Shown piece by piece: positions 44,559 through 54,676 of a DNA stretch of 64,000 nucleotides. Each line of letters opens with the position of its first letter. Within the stretch, counting starts at the first letter, position 1. Source of the stretch: Vicinamibacterales bacterium. GTDB lineage: Bacteria; Acidobacteriota; Vicinamibacteria; Vicinamibacterales; UBA8438. Made by a program: the position numbers and the translations under genes. The notes under the pieces were generated by a model. It saw only the letters and a program-made list of their open reading frames with translations, had not been told where the DNA came from and made no database searches. The stretch lies in NCBI GenBank assembly GCA_036012905.1, contig DASCQF010000038.1:64504-128503 (forward strand), given 5' to 3'.

Positions 44559-45557
44559 TTACTGGGATTCGCCGCAGAATGGGCAGCGATCGGCTCTGGC
44601 ATGGAGCGGCTTGCGGCAGTGCCAGCAGAAGCCGGCCGGGGGCGTGGCTCGTGAACGGATTCGGGCACGGATGCCGCGCATGTTCCCGTCGGACGAGCTG
44701 CTTCCCCGGGGAGCGTCGGAGGTGCCGGCGACCGGGACGGCGGCCGGTGTGACGCGACGTCCGGCCCTGATCTCCTCCAGGTCGGCCAACAGTTCGCCGG
44801 CACGCTGATAGCGGTCGGTCACTTCGGGCGCGAGCGTCTTCATCACGACGTTGTTGAGCACTCCGGGTATCGCGTTGTTCAGCAGGCGCGGCGGTCGCAC
44901 CAACTCACCGCGACGAAGCTTCTCCAAATCGTCGGGCGCCGGCGTGTCGTAGGGCAGAACCCCGGTCAGCATTTGGTACATGGTGATGCCGAGCGAGTAG
45001 AGATCGGACGCAAACACCGCTTCACCGCGGAACTGCTCTGGCGCCATGTACGGCGGGCTCCCGATGATCGTCGTGCCGTGGGCCGCGATCTCGAGAAAGC
45101 GCGACGTGCCGAAGTCGGCCACTTTCAGTGTGCCCGACTCGGCTACCAGCACGTTGGCCGGTCGGAGGTCCCGGTGGATGACGCCCTGCGCATGCGCATG
45201 CTCCACCGCGCACGTGATCTGCCTGGCATAGTCGAGCGCGAGATCGATCTCGAGCCGTCCGCTGGTCGCGATGACCGTTTCGAGGGTGTCGCCCGGGACG
45301 TACTCCATCACGATGAAGAAGATGTTGTCCTGCTTCTCCGCCGTGGTGATCGAGACGATGTTGGGGTGGTCGAGCGCGGCCAGCAACCGGGGCTCACGCA
45401 AGAGTTCGCTGAAATTCAGGTTTTGCCGGTGCGGAACCTTCAGCGCGACCTTCTTGTTGATCCAGGTGTCTTCGGCCAGATAGACCGTACCGAAGCCGCC
45501 GCTCCCGAGCGCGGACACGACCTTGTATTTCCCGAGCACGTGATCGGCAAACAACAT
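44559..45557 (-). CDS. Ser/Thr protein kinase (catalytically intact) with C-terminal CxxC...CxxC zinc-ribbon
   Basis: GSGGFGTVYLA, VALKV, HRDLRPANVLV, DFGTS, APEQ. C-terminal CWHCRKPLHARADRCPFCGESQ. Confidence 0.85.
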   Translation of the reverse strand: MLFADHVLGKYKVVSALGSGGFGTVYLAEDTWINKKVALKVPHRQNLNFSELLREPRLLAALDHPNIVSITTAEKQDNIFFIVMEYVPGDTLETVIATSGRLEIDLALDYARQITCAVEHAHAQGVIHRDLRPANVLVAESGTLKVADFGTSRFLEIAAHGTTIIGSPPYMAPEQFRGEAVFASDLYSLGITMYQMLTGVLPYDTPAPDDLEKLRRGELVRPPRLLNNAIPGVLNNVVMKTLAPEVTDRYQRAGELLADLEEIRAGRRVTPAAVPVAGTSDAPRGSSSSDGNMRGIRARIRSRATPPAGFCWHCRKPLHARADRCPFCGESQ

Positions 45558-45594
45558 GAAGGGCGGAAGTATAGCTTACTCAGTAGACCGCTCT

Positions 45595-45619
45595 CAGAAG
45601 TCAGGAGTCAGGAGTAGGA
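45595..45619 (+). repeat. Short heptamer repeat copy overlapping the rsmE ribosome-binding region
   Basis: cagaagtcaggagtcaggagtagga ends 7 nt before the rsmE ATG. Confidence 0.55.
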
Positions 45620-45626
45620 TCTACCG

Positions 45627-46352
45627 ATGCCACCGCGGTTCTACGTGCCGGACCTGGCGGGGCTGGACGCTCCGGTCGCGTTGTCGGACGAAGAGGCTCG
45701 ACACCTGACGCGGGTGCTGCGTCTGGGAATCGGCGACACCGTCTCGGTCTTCGACGGGCGGGGCGGCGAGTTCTGTGCCCGTGTCGAGCAGGTGACCGTG
45801 GGGCGCGTGGTTGTTCGGCCGTATCAGTCGGTCGCGCCCGCTCCCGAGCCGGCGGTGGCGTTGACGGTGGCACAGGCGCTGCTGAAGGGACGCACGTTTG
45901 ATGACGTTGTGCGTGACGTCACCATGGTTGGCGCCGTCGCGGTCCAGCCGCTGCTGACCGAGCGGACAGAGGCCCGGATGCGCGACACCGGTCGGTGGAC
46001 CAGGATTGCCATCGCCTCGGCGAAGCAGTGTCGTCGGGCCGTTGTGCCAGAGGTCAGGGCGCCTCAGTCGTTCCGAGCCCTGCTCGACGACGACCGGTCC
46101 CAGCTACGTCTGCTGCTGGTCGAGCCTGGCACGGCCGGGGCGCCTGGCGCGTTGCGGGTGCTCCAGCACGCCCCGCCGCCGGCAACGGCGGCCCTCGCGG
46201 TCGGTCCCGAGGGCGGCTGGAGTGCGGAGGAGGTGGCCGCAGCCGCGGCGGCCGGGTTCGTGCCGGTCACGTTCGGTCGGCGGACGCTACGCGCCGATGC
46301 GGTCGTCGTCTGCGCCGTGTCGGTGTTGCAATACATCTGGGGCGACCTGTGA
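45627..46352 (+). CDS. rsmE: 16S rRNA (uracil1498-N3)-methyltransferase RsmE
   Basis: MPPRFYVP..., EARHLTRVLRL, C-terminal VGPEGGWSAEE and LGRRTLRAD. Confidence 0.85.
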   Translation: MPPRFYVPDLAGLDAPVALSDEEARHLTRVLRLGIGDTVSVFDGRGGEFCARVEQVTVGRVVVRPYQSVAPAPEPAVALTVAQALLKGRTFDDVVRDVTMVGAVAVQPLLTERTEARMRDTGRWTRIAIASAKQCRRAVVPEVRAPQSFRALLDDDRSQLRLLLVEPGTAGAPGALRVLQHAPPPATAALAVGPEGGWSAEEVAAAAAAGFVPVTFGRRTLRADAVVVCAVSVLQYIWGDL

Positions 46353-47267
46353 GCGATAGAAGTCAGAAGCCGGTTTCATTCTGCCTTCTGACTTCTTGTG
46401 CTCTCGCCTCCACACCATCCCGACCCATTCGTCTTCGACGGCACGCCAGACGGGCTCGGCATAGGCGCTGTATGCCAAGGACACCGCGGCTTCTTCTTCG
46501 GCCAGAATGCCGCTGAGTACGATGTGTCCCCCTGGCGTGACCAAGGTGGCGACAGTCGGTGCCACGCGCGTCAGCAAAGCGCCAGTGAGGTTGGCGACGA
46601 CCACCGCGACAGCGTCTTGTTGTAGCCGCGAGATGTCGCCGTCGCGCAGCTCGACCCGCGAGGCCACCTGGTTCGCCTCGACGCTGTCTTGAGCCGAGGC
46701 GAGCGCGTCGGGGTCCCGGTCGATGCCCGTCGCCTGCCTCGCCCCGAGCTTGACGGCGGCGATGGCGAGTACGCCCGAGCCGGTGCCGAGGTCGAGGACG
46801 TCGAGTTCGCGCAGGTCGAGTTGTTGCAGGCCACGCAAGGCGAGCCGCGTCGTTGGATGGTGGCCGCTCCCGAAGCCGAGCGCCGGGCGAATTTGCACGA
46901 CGACATGTCGGCTGTCGCCAGCCATGGACGGCATGTCCCAGGGGGGCGCGACGACGACTCGCCCGACCCGTATCGCCCGCAGATCGGCCTGGGACCGTGA
47001 CGCCCAGTCGTCATCGCTCACGGCGACCGGCGTGGCGCATACGCGCGGGTCACATTCGGCGGTGACTGCGGCCTGCGCGGCATTCCGGTTCGACTCGGAG
47101 GTGAAGTGCACCCGCACACTCCAGGGCCCGCGCTCCTCGATCGCGAACGGCGCGAAGTCGTCGACAATGGCGGCCACGACGTCGATCAACGGCAGCTGGT
47201 TCGGCTCGTAGGCCGGAGTCTCGGCGAAGACGTCGAGCGCCGGGCGAGTGGGGCGAGCACTATCCAA
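46287..47267 (-). CDS. prmA: Ribosomal protein L11 methyltransferase PrmA (ORF carries a ~37-aa tail that crosses the repeat hairpin)
   Basis: SAM motif [15 protein letters not shown] and PrmA-like architecture. The 3' end overlaps the rsmE 3' end by 66 nt. Confidence 0.8.
   Translation of the reverse strand: MDSARPTRPALDVFAETPAYEPNQLPLIDVVAAIVDDFAPFAIEERGPWSVRVHFTSESNRNAAQAAVTAECDPRVCATPVAVSDDDWASRSQADLRAIRVGRVVVAPPWDMPSMAGDSRHVVVQIRPALGFGSGHHPTTRLALRGLQQLDLRELDVLDLGTGSGVLAIAAVKLGARQATGIDRDPDALASAQDSVEANQVASRVELRDGDISRLQQDAVAVVVANLTGALLTRVAPTVATLVTPGGHIVLSGILAEEEAAVSLAYSAYAEPVWRAVEDEWVGMVWRREHKKSEGRMKPASDFYRSQVAPDVLQHRHGADDDRIGA
46358..46396. terminator. Perfect 12-bp stem hairpin built from the GAAGTCA repeat, between convergent rsmE and prmA
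   Basis: AGAAGTCAGAAG (46358-46369) pairs with CTTCTGACTTCT (46385-46396) across a 15-nt loop. No clear U tract. The prmA ORF reads through it. Confidence 0.4.
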
Positions 47268-48405
47268 AGATGTCTTTGACGCGCTCGAAGAAAGGGCGTT
47301 CTTCGTCCGTGTCGTCCGTGTCGGCGGTGAGCGGGTCGAGCACCCGCTTCGGCATCGTCTTGTCGAGTTGCTCGAGGAGGCTCTTCTGCTCCCGACTCAG
47401 CTTCCGCGGTATGGCGACTTTGACACCGACGTAAAGGTCGCCATGTCCTCGCCCGCCGACATTGGGCATGCCCTTGCCCCGCAACCTGAAGCGAGTGTCC
47501 GGCTGGGTGCCCTTCGGGATCTGAATGGTGGTTGGGTTCGTCAGGGTGGGGGCTTCGATCTGTCCACCGAGCGTCAATGTCGGGTAGGTGACCGGCACCT
47601 CGCACAGCAGGTCGTCGCCTTCGCGGCGGAAGAACGCGTGGGCACGAACGTGGACAACGACGTACAGGTCGCCGGGCGGTCCACCTCGACCACCGAGCTC
47701 GCCCTCCCCGGTGAGACGGAGACGCTGGGCCGTGGCGATGCCGGCCGGAATCTTCACCGTGAGCTTGCGTTCGCGCGTGACCCGTCCCTTGCCGTGACAC
47801 GTCTGACAGGGCTTCGCGATTACCTGACCGGCCCCGCTGCAATGCGGGCAGGTCCGGGCGACGGTGAAGAATCCCTGCTGGAAGCGGACCTGACCGCGGC
47901 CCTGACAGTGGCTGCAGGTTTCAGCGGAACTACCTGGGGCCGCTCCCGACCCGCTACAGGTGCCACACGGTTCCTCGCGGGGAATCTTGAGCGTGGTCTC
48001 GGTGCCGGTGGCGGCTTCCTCGAACTCGATCTCCAGGTCGTAGCGCAAATCGGCCCCGCGCCGGACCCCCCCCCGCCGGGTGCTGCCGCCAAATCCAAAC
48101 AGGTCGCCGAGACCGCCGAGGATATCGCCGAAGTCGGCGAAGATCGTGGGATCGAAGCCAGCGGCACCGCCGGCAGCGGCACCGACGCCAGCATGCCCGA
48201 ACTGGTCGTACCGACTCCGCTTCTCGGCGTCTGCCAGAACCGCGTAGGCCTCGGCCGCTTCCTTGAACCGCTCTTCGGCTTTCTTGTCGTCCGGGTTGCG
48301 GTCGGGGTGATACTTGAGCGCCATCTTGCGGTAGGCGCTCTTGATGGCTGCCTCGTCGGCCCTCCGCGGCACGCCGAGGATCTCGTAATAGTCGCGCGTC
48401 GTCAC
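47260..48405 (-). CDS. dnaJ: Chaperone DnaJ
   Basis: J domain DYYEILGV...KYHPDRNP, a G-rich region, and four CxxCxGxG zinc-finger repeats. Confidence 0.95.
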   Translation of the reverse strand: MTTRDYYEILGVPRRADEAAIKSAYRKMALKYHPDRNPDDKKAEERFKEAAEAYAVLADAEKRSRYDQFGHAGVGAAAGGAAGFDPTIFADFGDILGGLGDLFGFGGSTRRGGVRRGADLRYDLEIEFEEAATGTETTLKIPREEPCGTCSGSGAAPGSSAETCSHCQGRGQVRFQQGFFTVARTCPHCSGAGQVIAKPCQTCHGKGRVTRERKLTVKIPAGIATAQRLRLTGEGELGGRGGPPGDLYVVVHVRAHAFFRREGDDLLCEVPVTYPTLTLGGQIEAPTLTNPTTIQIPKGTQPDTRFRLRGKGMPNVGGRGHGDLYVGVKVAIPRKLSREQKSLLEQLDKTMPKRVLDPLTADTDDTDEERPFFERVKDIFG

Positions 48406-48962
48406 GCTTTGGCCACCTTGACCATCGATGCCCGGAGCAACCGGTCGCGCAGCGTGTAGCCTCGGCGCAGTTCTTCGATGACCTCACCGTCGCGGTGTGT
48501 CGGGCTCGGTTCGTGCGTGACGGCCTGGTGCAGATTTGGGTCGAAATCGCTTCCGACGGCTTCGATCGGTTTGACCCCGCGTTTGGCCATCAGTTCGAGC
48601 AGCTGTTTGTGGATGATCTCGACGCCGCGACGATAGGCGTCGCCCTTCTGGACGTCAGCCGCCAGCGCGCGCTCGAAATCGTCGACCAGGGGCAGCAGGT
48701 CCTGTAACAGATCCATTGCAGCGTGCTCGGCCAGCTCGCGCCGCTCACGGTCCGTGCGCTTGCGATAGTTGTCGAAGTCGGCGGTTGTGCGAACTAGTCG
48801 ATCGCGGTGTTCATCGCACTCGCGCCGCAGGCGAGCAATGTCGTCGGCCTCGGGCCGAGCCGCGCCACCACCGTCAGCGGGCTGGTCGTCGTCAGACGCA
48901 GGCGTCGTTTCTTCCGGCGGAGCTGCGTCCTCAGACCGCTCCATGTCGCGTTCATCGGGCAT
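48402..48962 (-). CDS. grpE: Nucleotide exchange factor GrpE
   Basis: [36 protein letters not shown]. Confidence 0.92.
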   Translation of the reverse strand: MPDERDMERSEDAAPPEETTPASDDDQPADGGGAARPEADDIARLRRECDEHRDRLVRTTADFDNYRKRTDRERRELAEHAAMDLLQDLLPLVDDFERALAADVQKGDAYRRGVEIIHKQLLELMAKRGVKPIEAVGSDFDPNLHQAVTHEPSPTHRDGEVIEELRRGYTLRDRLLRASMVKVAKA

Positions 48963-50052
48963 TGTCGTCCGGCGAAGGGGTGTGATTCACGAGGACGCGA
49001 CTGACCGCTTGCGAGACGCTGTCAACCGCCGCGATGGCCCGTGAGTAGCGCATCCGACGTGGACCGATCACGCCGACGGTGCCGGTCTGCCGGCCGTCGA
49101 AATAGGTCGAGGCAATCAGACTGAAGGGTTGCAGATCGGTCTCCGAGTGTTCGGTGCCGATGACCACACTCAGTCCGTCGGCGCCGAGATACTCGCTGAG
49201 CAGACGCACGAGGCGATGTTTTTCCTCCATCATCGACAGCAGCGCGCGAAGCGTGGCCAGCGGCACAGCGCTGTCGTCGTCGGAGACATCGTCGAACAGG
49301 AACGTGGCGCCGTCGATGAACACGCTCTCATGGGAAACCATGTCTTCGAGAGTCGAGCTCGCCAGCCGAAGCGAACGTGACAGAAGTTCGTCGTAGAGCA
49401 CCTTTTCCTGACGCAGGCGCTCGATGACGGTGGTGCGCACCTCGCCCAGGGTCAGACCACGGAATTCGCGGTTCAGATAGTTCGCTCCCTGTTCGAGCTC
49501 GCTGCGTCTCACGCGTTCGCCGATGTCGATCACCTTGTGGCACACCTGCTGACCCTGCGCCGTAACCAGCACGAGAATGCGGTTGCCTTCGAGTGGCACG
49601 AATTCGATGTGTTCGAACCCCGCCACTTCGTTGGTCGGCGCCAGCACGAACCCCAAATGGTGCGACACCCGGGAGAGCTCGTGGGAGACGTTGGACAAAA
49701 CGCCATTGATCGACCCGGCCTGGCGGAGCCGCGCCTCGACCGCCGACGTCGACCGGGTCGCATGACGGTGCTCGAGCAGCAGATCCACGTAGCAGCGGTA
49801 ACCCAGGTCTGTCGGGACACGCCCTGCCGACTTGTGAGGTTGCCACACGAATCCGGCCTCCTCGAGTCGTGCCAGGATCTGGCGCACCGTTGCCGACGAC
49901 AGCCCGAACCCGCCATGTTCGGCGAGCCAGCGCGAAGGCACGGGCGCCCCGCGGTCGATATATTCCTGAATGAGCGCGGCGAGAAGCCGGCGCGTGCGTT
50001 CGGGGAGGTCTGCGCCGGAGTGTCCGGGCGGGACGGACTGCCGCGACATCAC
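48952..50052 (-). CDS. hrcA: Heat-inducible transcriptional repressor HrcA
   Basis: N-terminal winged helix (LLAALIQEYIDRGAPVPSRWLAE...SSATVRQILARLEEAGFV) and C-terminal GTVGVIGPRRMRYSRAIAAVD. Confidence 0.9.
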   Translation of the reverse strand: MMSRQSVPPGHSGADLPERTRRLLAALIQEYIDRGAPVPSRWLAEHGGFGLSSATVRQILARLEEAGFVWQPHKSAGRVPTDLGYRCYVDLLLEHRHATRSTSAVEARLRQAGSINGVLSNVSHELSRVSHHLGFVLAPTNEVAGFEHIEFVPLEGNRILVLVTAQGQQVCHKVIDIGERVRRSELEQGANYLNREFRGLTLGEVRTTVIERLRQEKVLYDELLSRSLRLASSTLEDMVSHESVFIDGATFLFDDVSDDDSAVPLATLRALLSMMEEKHRLVRLLSEYLGADGLSVVIGTEHSETDLQPFSLIASTYFDGRQTGTVGVIGPRRMRYSRAIAAVDSVSQAVSRVLVNHTPSPDDNAR

Positions 50053-50162
50053 GCCAGCCAGTATACCGTAAGGCTAGCGAGGCTACGCCTCGAGCTGCCC
50101 CCACCGCCTATCGGCTCGGCATCGTTAGCGGGCTTTTTCCACAGCACTACGGCCCCTGGCAG

Positions 50163-51032
50163 CTACCCGCCGACCGTCACCTCGGTGGCGCTGTCGGGGC
50201 TCCAACGCAGCGACTGGGCCTGGCGTTCCCCCGCGTCAGAGGCGTCGGTGTCGATCTTGCCGTATTTCACGCCGATGAGCTCGGCCAGGATGCTCACTGC
50301 TATTTCCTGAGGGGTGACCGCACCTAGGTTCAACCCGACCGGAGCATGAACGCGCCGGAACTGTTCAGGCGGCATCCCCTCGGCTTCCAACGCCTCGTAG
50401 ATGCGAGCGACCTTGGCACGGCTACCGATCAGCCCAAGATAGCGCAGCTGTTTTGGTGCCAGCGCGCGGAGGGCGTCGAGGTCGTGCCGGTGGCCGCGGG
50501 TCAGGATGACCGCAAAGGCATGCGCTGGCAATATGGCCTGCGTCAGCCACTCCGGTATCGAGTCGACGACGACCTCCTCGGCATCCGGAAACCGCTCGGC
50601 GTTGGCGAATTTCTCACGGTCGTCGATGACGTGGAGCCGGAAACCGACCGCATGCGCGGCCTTGGCGAGGTGATACGACACATGCCCGGCTCCCACCAGA
50701 TAGAGCGCAGGGGCCGGTTCGAGCGGTTCGATGTACACTTCCATCTGACCTCCACAGATCAGTCCGGAATCTTCCGCAAGGTCGTCTGCCAGCTCGTACT
50801 TGGCGATTACCGGCTGTCGTGTCTCTATCGCCGTCCGCGCCTTCCAGAACGCTTCGTTCTCGTAGCAGCCGCCTCCGATCGTGCCCACCGTCCGCCCATC
50901 CGGAAACACCAGCATCTTGGCGCCAACCCGCTGCGGGGTCGAGCCCTGCGCGCGAATGATTGTCACCAGCGCCGAAGGTTCTCCACGCTTCAGGGCTGCG
51001 GCAACCGCCTCGAAGACCTCTTCATTTCTCAT
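50163..51032 (-). CDS. XdhC/CoxI family molybdoenzyme maturation accessory protein
   Basis: XdhC N-domain (ALVTIIRAQGSTPQRVGAKMLV...GTIGGGC) and Rossmann domain (LYLVGAGHVSYHLA). Confidence 0.8.
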   Translation of the reverse strand: MRNEEVFEAVAAALKRGEPSALVTIIRAQGSTPQRVGAKMLVFPDGRTVGTIGGGCYENEAFWKARTAIETRQPVIAKYELADDLAEDSGLICGGQMEVYIEPLEPAPALYLVGAGHVSYHLAKAAHAVGFRLHVIDDREKFANAERFPDAEEVVVDSIPEWLTQAILPAHAFAVILTRGHRHDLDALRALAPKQLRYLGLIGSRAKVARIYEALEAEGMPPEQFRRVHAPVGLNLGAVTPQEIAVSILAELIGVKYGKIDTDASDAGERQAQSLRWSPDSATEVTVGG

Positions 51033-51093
51033 GGTATGGTCGCGCCCCCATGCGTCGAACGGCTTCCGCGAGCTGAGTGCGGGGGCGAAGGGC

Positions 51094-52128
51094 TCAGATC
51101 AGGATCTCGATATCGCTCTTCGCCTTCAGTTCCTCGATGAACGCAGCAATTCTGGCCTGCTGTTCCTGTTGGACCAGGAATTCACGAATCTGGACACTGG
51201 CCTCGGCAAACGGCACGGTTCGCTCTGCCTCGCGGCCGACCATCTGGATGACGTGAAAGCCAAACGGCGTCTCGACGACCTCGCTGAGGTCGCCAGGCTC
51301 GAGCGCGAACAGGGCTGCCTCGAATGTCGGGACCGTCTGCCCCCGGACGACGTTACCCAGGTCGCCGCCGTTGGCCGCTGATCCTGGGTCCTCTGAGTGC
51401 GTTCGAGCCAGCTCGGCGAAGTCGACGCCAGCTTCCACGTCGAGCCGGAGGCTGTCGGCACGTTTCCTCGCCTCGGCCTTCTCCTGGTCGCTCGCGTCCG
51501 GGCTGAAGCCGATCAGGATGTGGCGCGCCTCGACGCCGCCACCCTCGGTGAATTCCGCGGCGTGCTGCTCGTAAAACTCCCGCGTGGTTTCGACGTCCAC
51601 GTTGATGCCCGGCAAGACCTCGGCTTCGAGCACGCCTTCCACGAGGAGATCCCGTCGAGTCTCCTCACGCAAGTCGTCGATCGTTGTCTCCCAGCTGTCC
51701 AGCTGGGTTTGGAACGCTTCATCGTCGGGGAAGTTGGACCGGATGGTCTCGATACGGGCATCGACTCCGGCGTCGTCAACCACGATGCTCAGGGTTTCGG
51801 ACTCCTGCACCAGGAGATGGAATGAGACCAGCCTGTCGAGCACCGACCGATACACCTGGTCCCGAAACTGCGTGGGCAGGGCCTGGCCGGCCTGAATCTC
51901 GGCGCTGCGAACCGCTCTCTCCAGTTCTTCCTTGGTGAGGTTGTGGGTGTTGACCCGTGCCACGATCGCGGGCAGCACTTCTGGGACCGGGTCGACCGTC
52001 GGCAGGGTCACTGCATCGGCGGCGACCGCCGGATCCGGCGGTGTCTCCAGATCGCCGGCGCCGCAGGCAGTTGCCAGCACGAGTGGCACCAACGACATCC
52101 ATCGATGAGTGTGGAACCATCGTCGCAT
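51094..52128 (-). CDS. Parvulin-type peptidyl-prolyl isomerase with SurA-like N-terminal domain
   Basis: Signal/lipobox-like N-terminus (LVLATACG). Rotamase core ARHILI...GGDLG...FGFHVIQM. Confidence 0.8.
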   Translation of the reverse strand: MRRWFHTHRWMSLVPLVLATACGAGDLETPPDPAVAADAVTLPTVDPVPEVLPAIVARVNTHNLTKEELERAVRSAEIQAGQALPTQFRDQVYRSVLDRLVSFHLLVQESETLSIVVDDAGVDARIETIRSNFPDDEAFQTQLDSWETTIDDLREETRRDLLVEGVLEAEVLPGINVDVETTREFYEQHAAEFTEGGGVEARHILIGFSPDASDQEKAEARKRADSLRLDVEAGVDFAELARTHSEDPGSAANGGDLGNVVRGQTVPTFEAALFALEPGDLSEVVETPFGFHVIQMVGREAERTVPFAEASVQIREFLVQQEQQARIAAFIEELKAKSDIEILI

Positions 52129-52207
52129 CAGGCAATTATACGCCGCTCTGGGGGCGAAGCCTCTTCGACTCGACAGTTTCGCCCCTCAGTTAGGGCAGGT
52201 CGGCAGG

Positions 52208-54532
52208 TTAGTGAAGCGGGCACACGGCATCTGGCTCGGTTCCGTCTCGGAACGCCTCGCGGATTGACTCGGGGCAGCGGGTCGTAGCGCGGAGGCCGGT
52301 CGCGGGGTCCACGTCGATGAAAGTGATCCCGGTGGGTGGACTGAAAGCTGGCGACGGGCGTCCATCGAGGGCGCTGCGCATGAAGTCGGTCCAGATGGGC
52401 AGGGCCGCCTGGGCACCGGTCAACCCGAGCGGACTGCCGTCGTCCATGCCGACCCACACCACGGTCAGCAGGGTGGGCGTGAACCCGGTAAACCAGGCGT
52501 CTCGCAGGTCATCCGTCGTGCCGGTCTTACCGGCAGCGTCCGCGAGAAAGCCCTGTCGGCGGACGCCGACCGCCGTCCCGCTGTCGAGGGTGCTTGCCAG
52601 CATCTCGGTGACGAGAAAGGCGCTGTCAGCTTCGGCAACGCGACGTGGGGCGTCGACGATCAGGTCGATAGGCGTGTCACCATCGCTGACCCGTAAGATC
52701 GATGTCAGTGGCACCCGCACGCCGCCGTTGGCCAGCACGGTGTAGGCAACAGCCACGTCGAGCGGTGTGGCCTCGAACACGCCCAGCGCGAGCGATGGAT
52801 AGGCCGGGGGCGTGGCGCCCCCTGAGGATGCGGCCCACAGATCCGCGACCGCCTGGAACCCAGTTCGTTCGGCAACCTTGACGGCGGCCACGTTCCGTGA
52901 GCGGGACAGCGCCATCCGCGCCGTCACCGGTCCGTCGTAGACATCGCCGTAGTTGGCAGGTTGCCAGGTGCGCCCTTCGAAGACGAACGTTGTCGGCGTG
53001 TCGTCGATCAACGACGAGGCGGTAAAAGGGAACGCCGGGTCGCGCCGTGCCCGTTCGAGCGCCGCCAGGTAGACGAACGGTTTGACGATCGAACCGGGCT
53101 GTCTGTGTGCCCGGTCGGCCCGATTGAACTGGCTTGCTCGATAGGATCCGCCACCGACGAGGGCCCGGATCGCACCAGTCTGCGGCTCAACGGCGATCAG
53201 CGCCGCCTGGGGCGGCTCTCCGGCCGCGTCGGGGAGCTGGCTCTCGACCCGGCGCAACCCCGCGCGCACCGCCGTTTCCGCCAGCCGCTGCAGGTGCACA
53301 TCGAGGGTGGTCACTATCTGGAGACCGGCTCTGTCCGCATCCCTGTCTGGCAGTACTTGCTCGAGCTGGTTGTCGACAAGGTCGACAAAGTAGGGCGCTT
53401 CGACGTCGTCGGTGTCGGCAACCCCCCGGATGGGTGCCCTCGCCGCCGCCAGCGCCTCGTCTGGCGTCAGGAAACGTTGTTCCACCATCGCCTGTAGCAC
53501 CCCGTTTCGTCGGCTCCGCGCCCGGTCGGGGTGACGGTCCGGCGCGTGCAGCTGCGGGGCCTGGATGATGCCCGCCATCGTGGCGGTTTCTCCGAGGGTG
53601 AGGTTTCGCAGATCCTTGCCGAAGAGCGCCCGCGCCCCCTGGGCCACTCCGTGAATCGCAAATGAGCCCTGTTGGCCCAGGTAGACGGTGTTCAAATACA
53701 GTTCGAGAATGCGCGCTTTCGAGAGCCGTCGCTCGAGCAGGATTGCCAGCGCCTGCTCGTGCACCTTTCGGGATAGCGTTTGTTCCGGACCGAGCAGGGT
53801 GTTCTTGATCAGCTGCTGTGTCAGGGTGCTCGCCCCGACCAGATACCGGCGGTTGCCCGTGATGTTGGTCACGGCGGCTCCGGCAATGCGGACGGCGTCG
53901 ACACCGTGGTGGTCGAAGAACCGGTGATCCTCGGCGGCCAGCACCGACTGTATCACCCGCCGCGGAATGTCGGTCAGCGGAGTGTCACGACGCTTGCGGC
54001 GCTCACCCGCATGGAGAGTCGAGAGCAGCGGCGCGCCAAGCGCCAATCGGTCGATGCTTCCCGCCGGGGGGACATCGATTCCCACGACCCGTTTGGTGCC
54101 GCTGGTGTCCACCCCAAATCTCACTCGCACTGTGCGGCCGCGCTTGGCGCCGGCAAGCTCGATGAGGGTGATGGCACGGCTGTCGGCGTCGAATTCGCCG
54201 GCTCCCCGCGCGCGATCTCGTTGCGTGTACCCCAGGTCGTCGAGCCAGCGGACCAATTCGTCGCTGTCGAGGGCCAGTCCGCGGGACAGTTCCAGCGGAG
54301 TGGCAAACAGCCGGGTGATCGGCGGTGTCCAGCCGGCAGCTAGCCGTTCGTCGATTTGCCGGGAGAGCGTCTGGTAGAGAAGGGTCGCGGTCGCCAGGAG
54401 CGCGAGGAGCAGGACGGCGAAACAGATACCGGCCCGGCGGATCCAGGGTCGCACCCGTTTCGACCGTCGCCGGCGCCGCTGCGCGGGCCGTTTCGGCCGG
54501 GTTCCCGTCCTGGAGCTGCGGGTGGACTTCAC
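52208..54532 (-). CDS. Class A penicillin-binding protein (glycosyltransferase GT51 plus transpeptidase), PBP1A-like
   Basis: GT51 motifs EDHRFFDHHGVD, GASTLTQQLIKN, RKVHEQ. Transpeptidase motifs SIVKPF and KTGTT. Confidence 0.9.
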   Translation of the reverse strand: MKSTRSSRTGTRPKRPAQRRRRRSKRVRPWIRRAGICFAVLLLALLATATLLYQTLSRQIDERLAAGWTPPITRLFATPLELSRGLALDSDELVRWLDDLGYTQRDRARGAGEFDADSRAITLIELAGAKRGRTVRVRFGVDTSGTKRVVGIDVPPAGSIDRLALGAPLLSTLHAGERRKRRDTPLTDIPRRVIQSVLAAEDHRFFDHHGVDAVRIAGAAVTNITGNRRYLVGASTLTQQLIKNTLLGPEQTLSRKVHEQALAILLERRLSKARILELYLNTVYLGQQGSFAIHGVAQGARALFGKDLRNLTLGETATMAGIIQAPQLHAPDRHPDRARSRRNGVLQAMVEQRFLTPDEALAAARAPIRGVADTDDVEAPYFVDLVDNQLEQVLPDRDADRAGLQIVTTLDVHLQRLAETAVRAGLRRVESQLPDAAGEPPQAALIAVEPQTGAIRALVGGGSYRASQFNRADRAHRQPGSIVKPFVYLAALERARRDPAFPFTASSLIDDTPTTFVFEGRTWQPANYGDVYDGPVTARMALSRSRNVAAVKVAERTGFQAVADLWAASSGGATPPAYPSLALGVFEATPLDVAVAYTVLANGGVRVPLTSILRVSDGDTPIDLIVDAPRRVAEADSAFLVTEMLASTLDSGTAVGVRRQGFLADAAGKTGTTDDLRDAWFTGFTPTLLTVVWVGMDDGSPLGLTGAQAALPIWTDFMRSALDGRPSPAFSPPTGITFIDVDPATGLRATTRCPESIREAFRDGTEPDAVCPLH

Positions 54533-54676
54533 GCCCAGTGTATCGGACGCCGGGCCCGGAGACGGGAGCCCAACTGAATGCCCTGCGGCTGTGGGCTATA
54601 GGCTTTAGGCGCACCCTGACGCACAAAGAACTGAGGGCCCCGCCGGTAAATAGAAGCGCCGCCAACATCGTGTCCG

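Noticed and set aside
50053-50162. CIRCE operator upstream of hrcA.
   Set aside because: Only a weak resemblance (ttagcgggc-N9-agcacta). The arms are not inverted repeats of each other and do not match TTAGCACTC/GAGTGCTAA.
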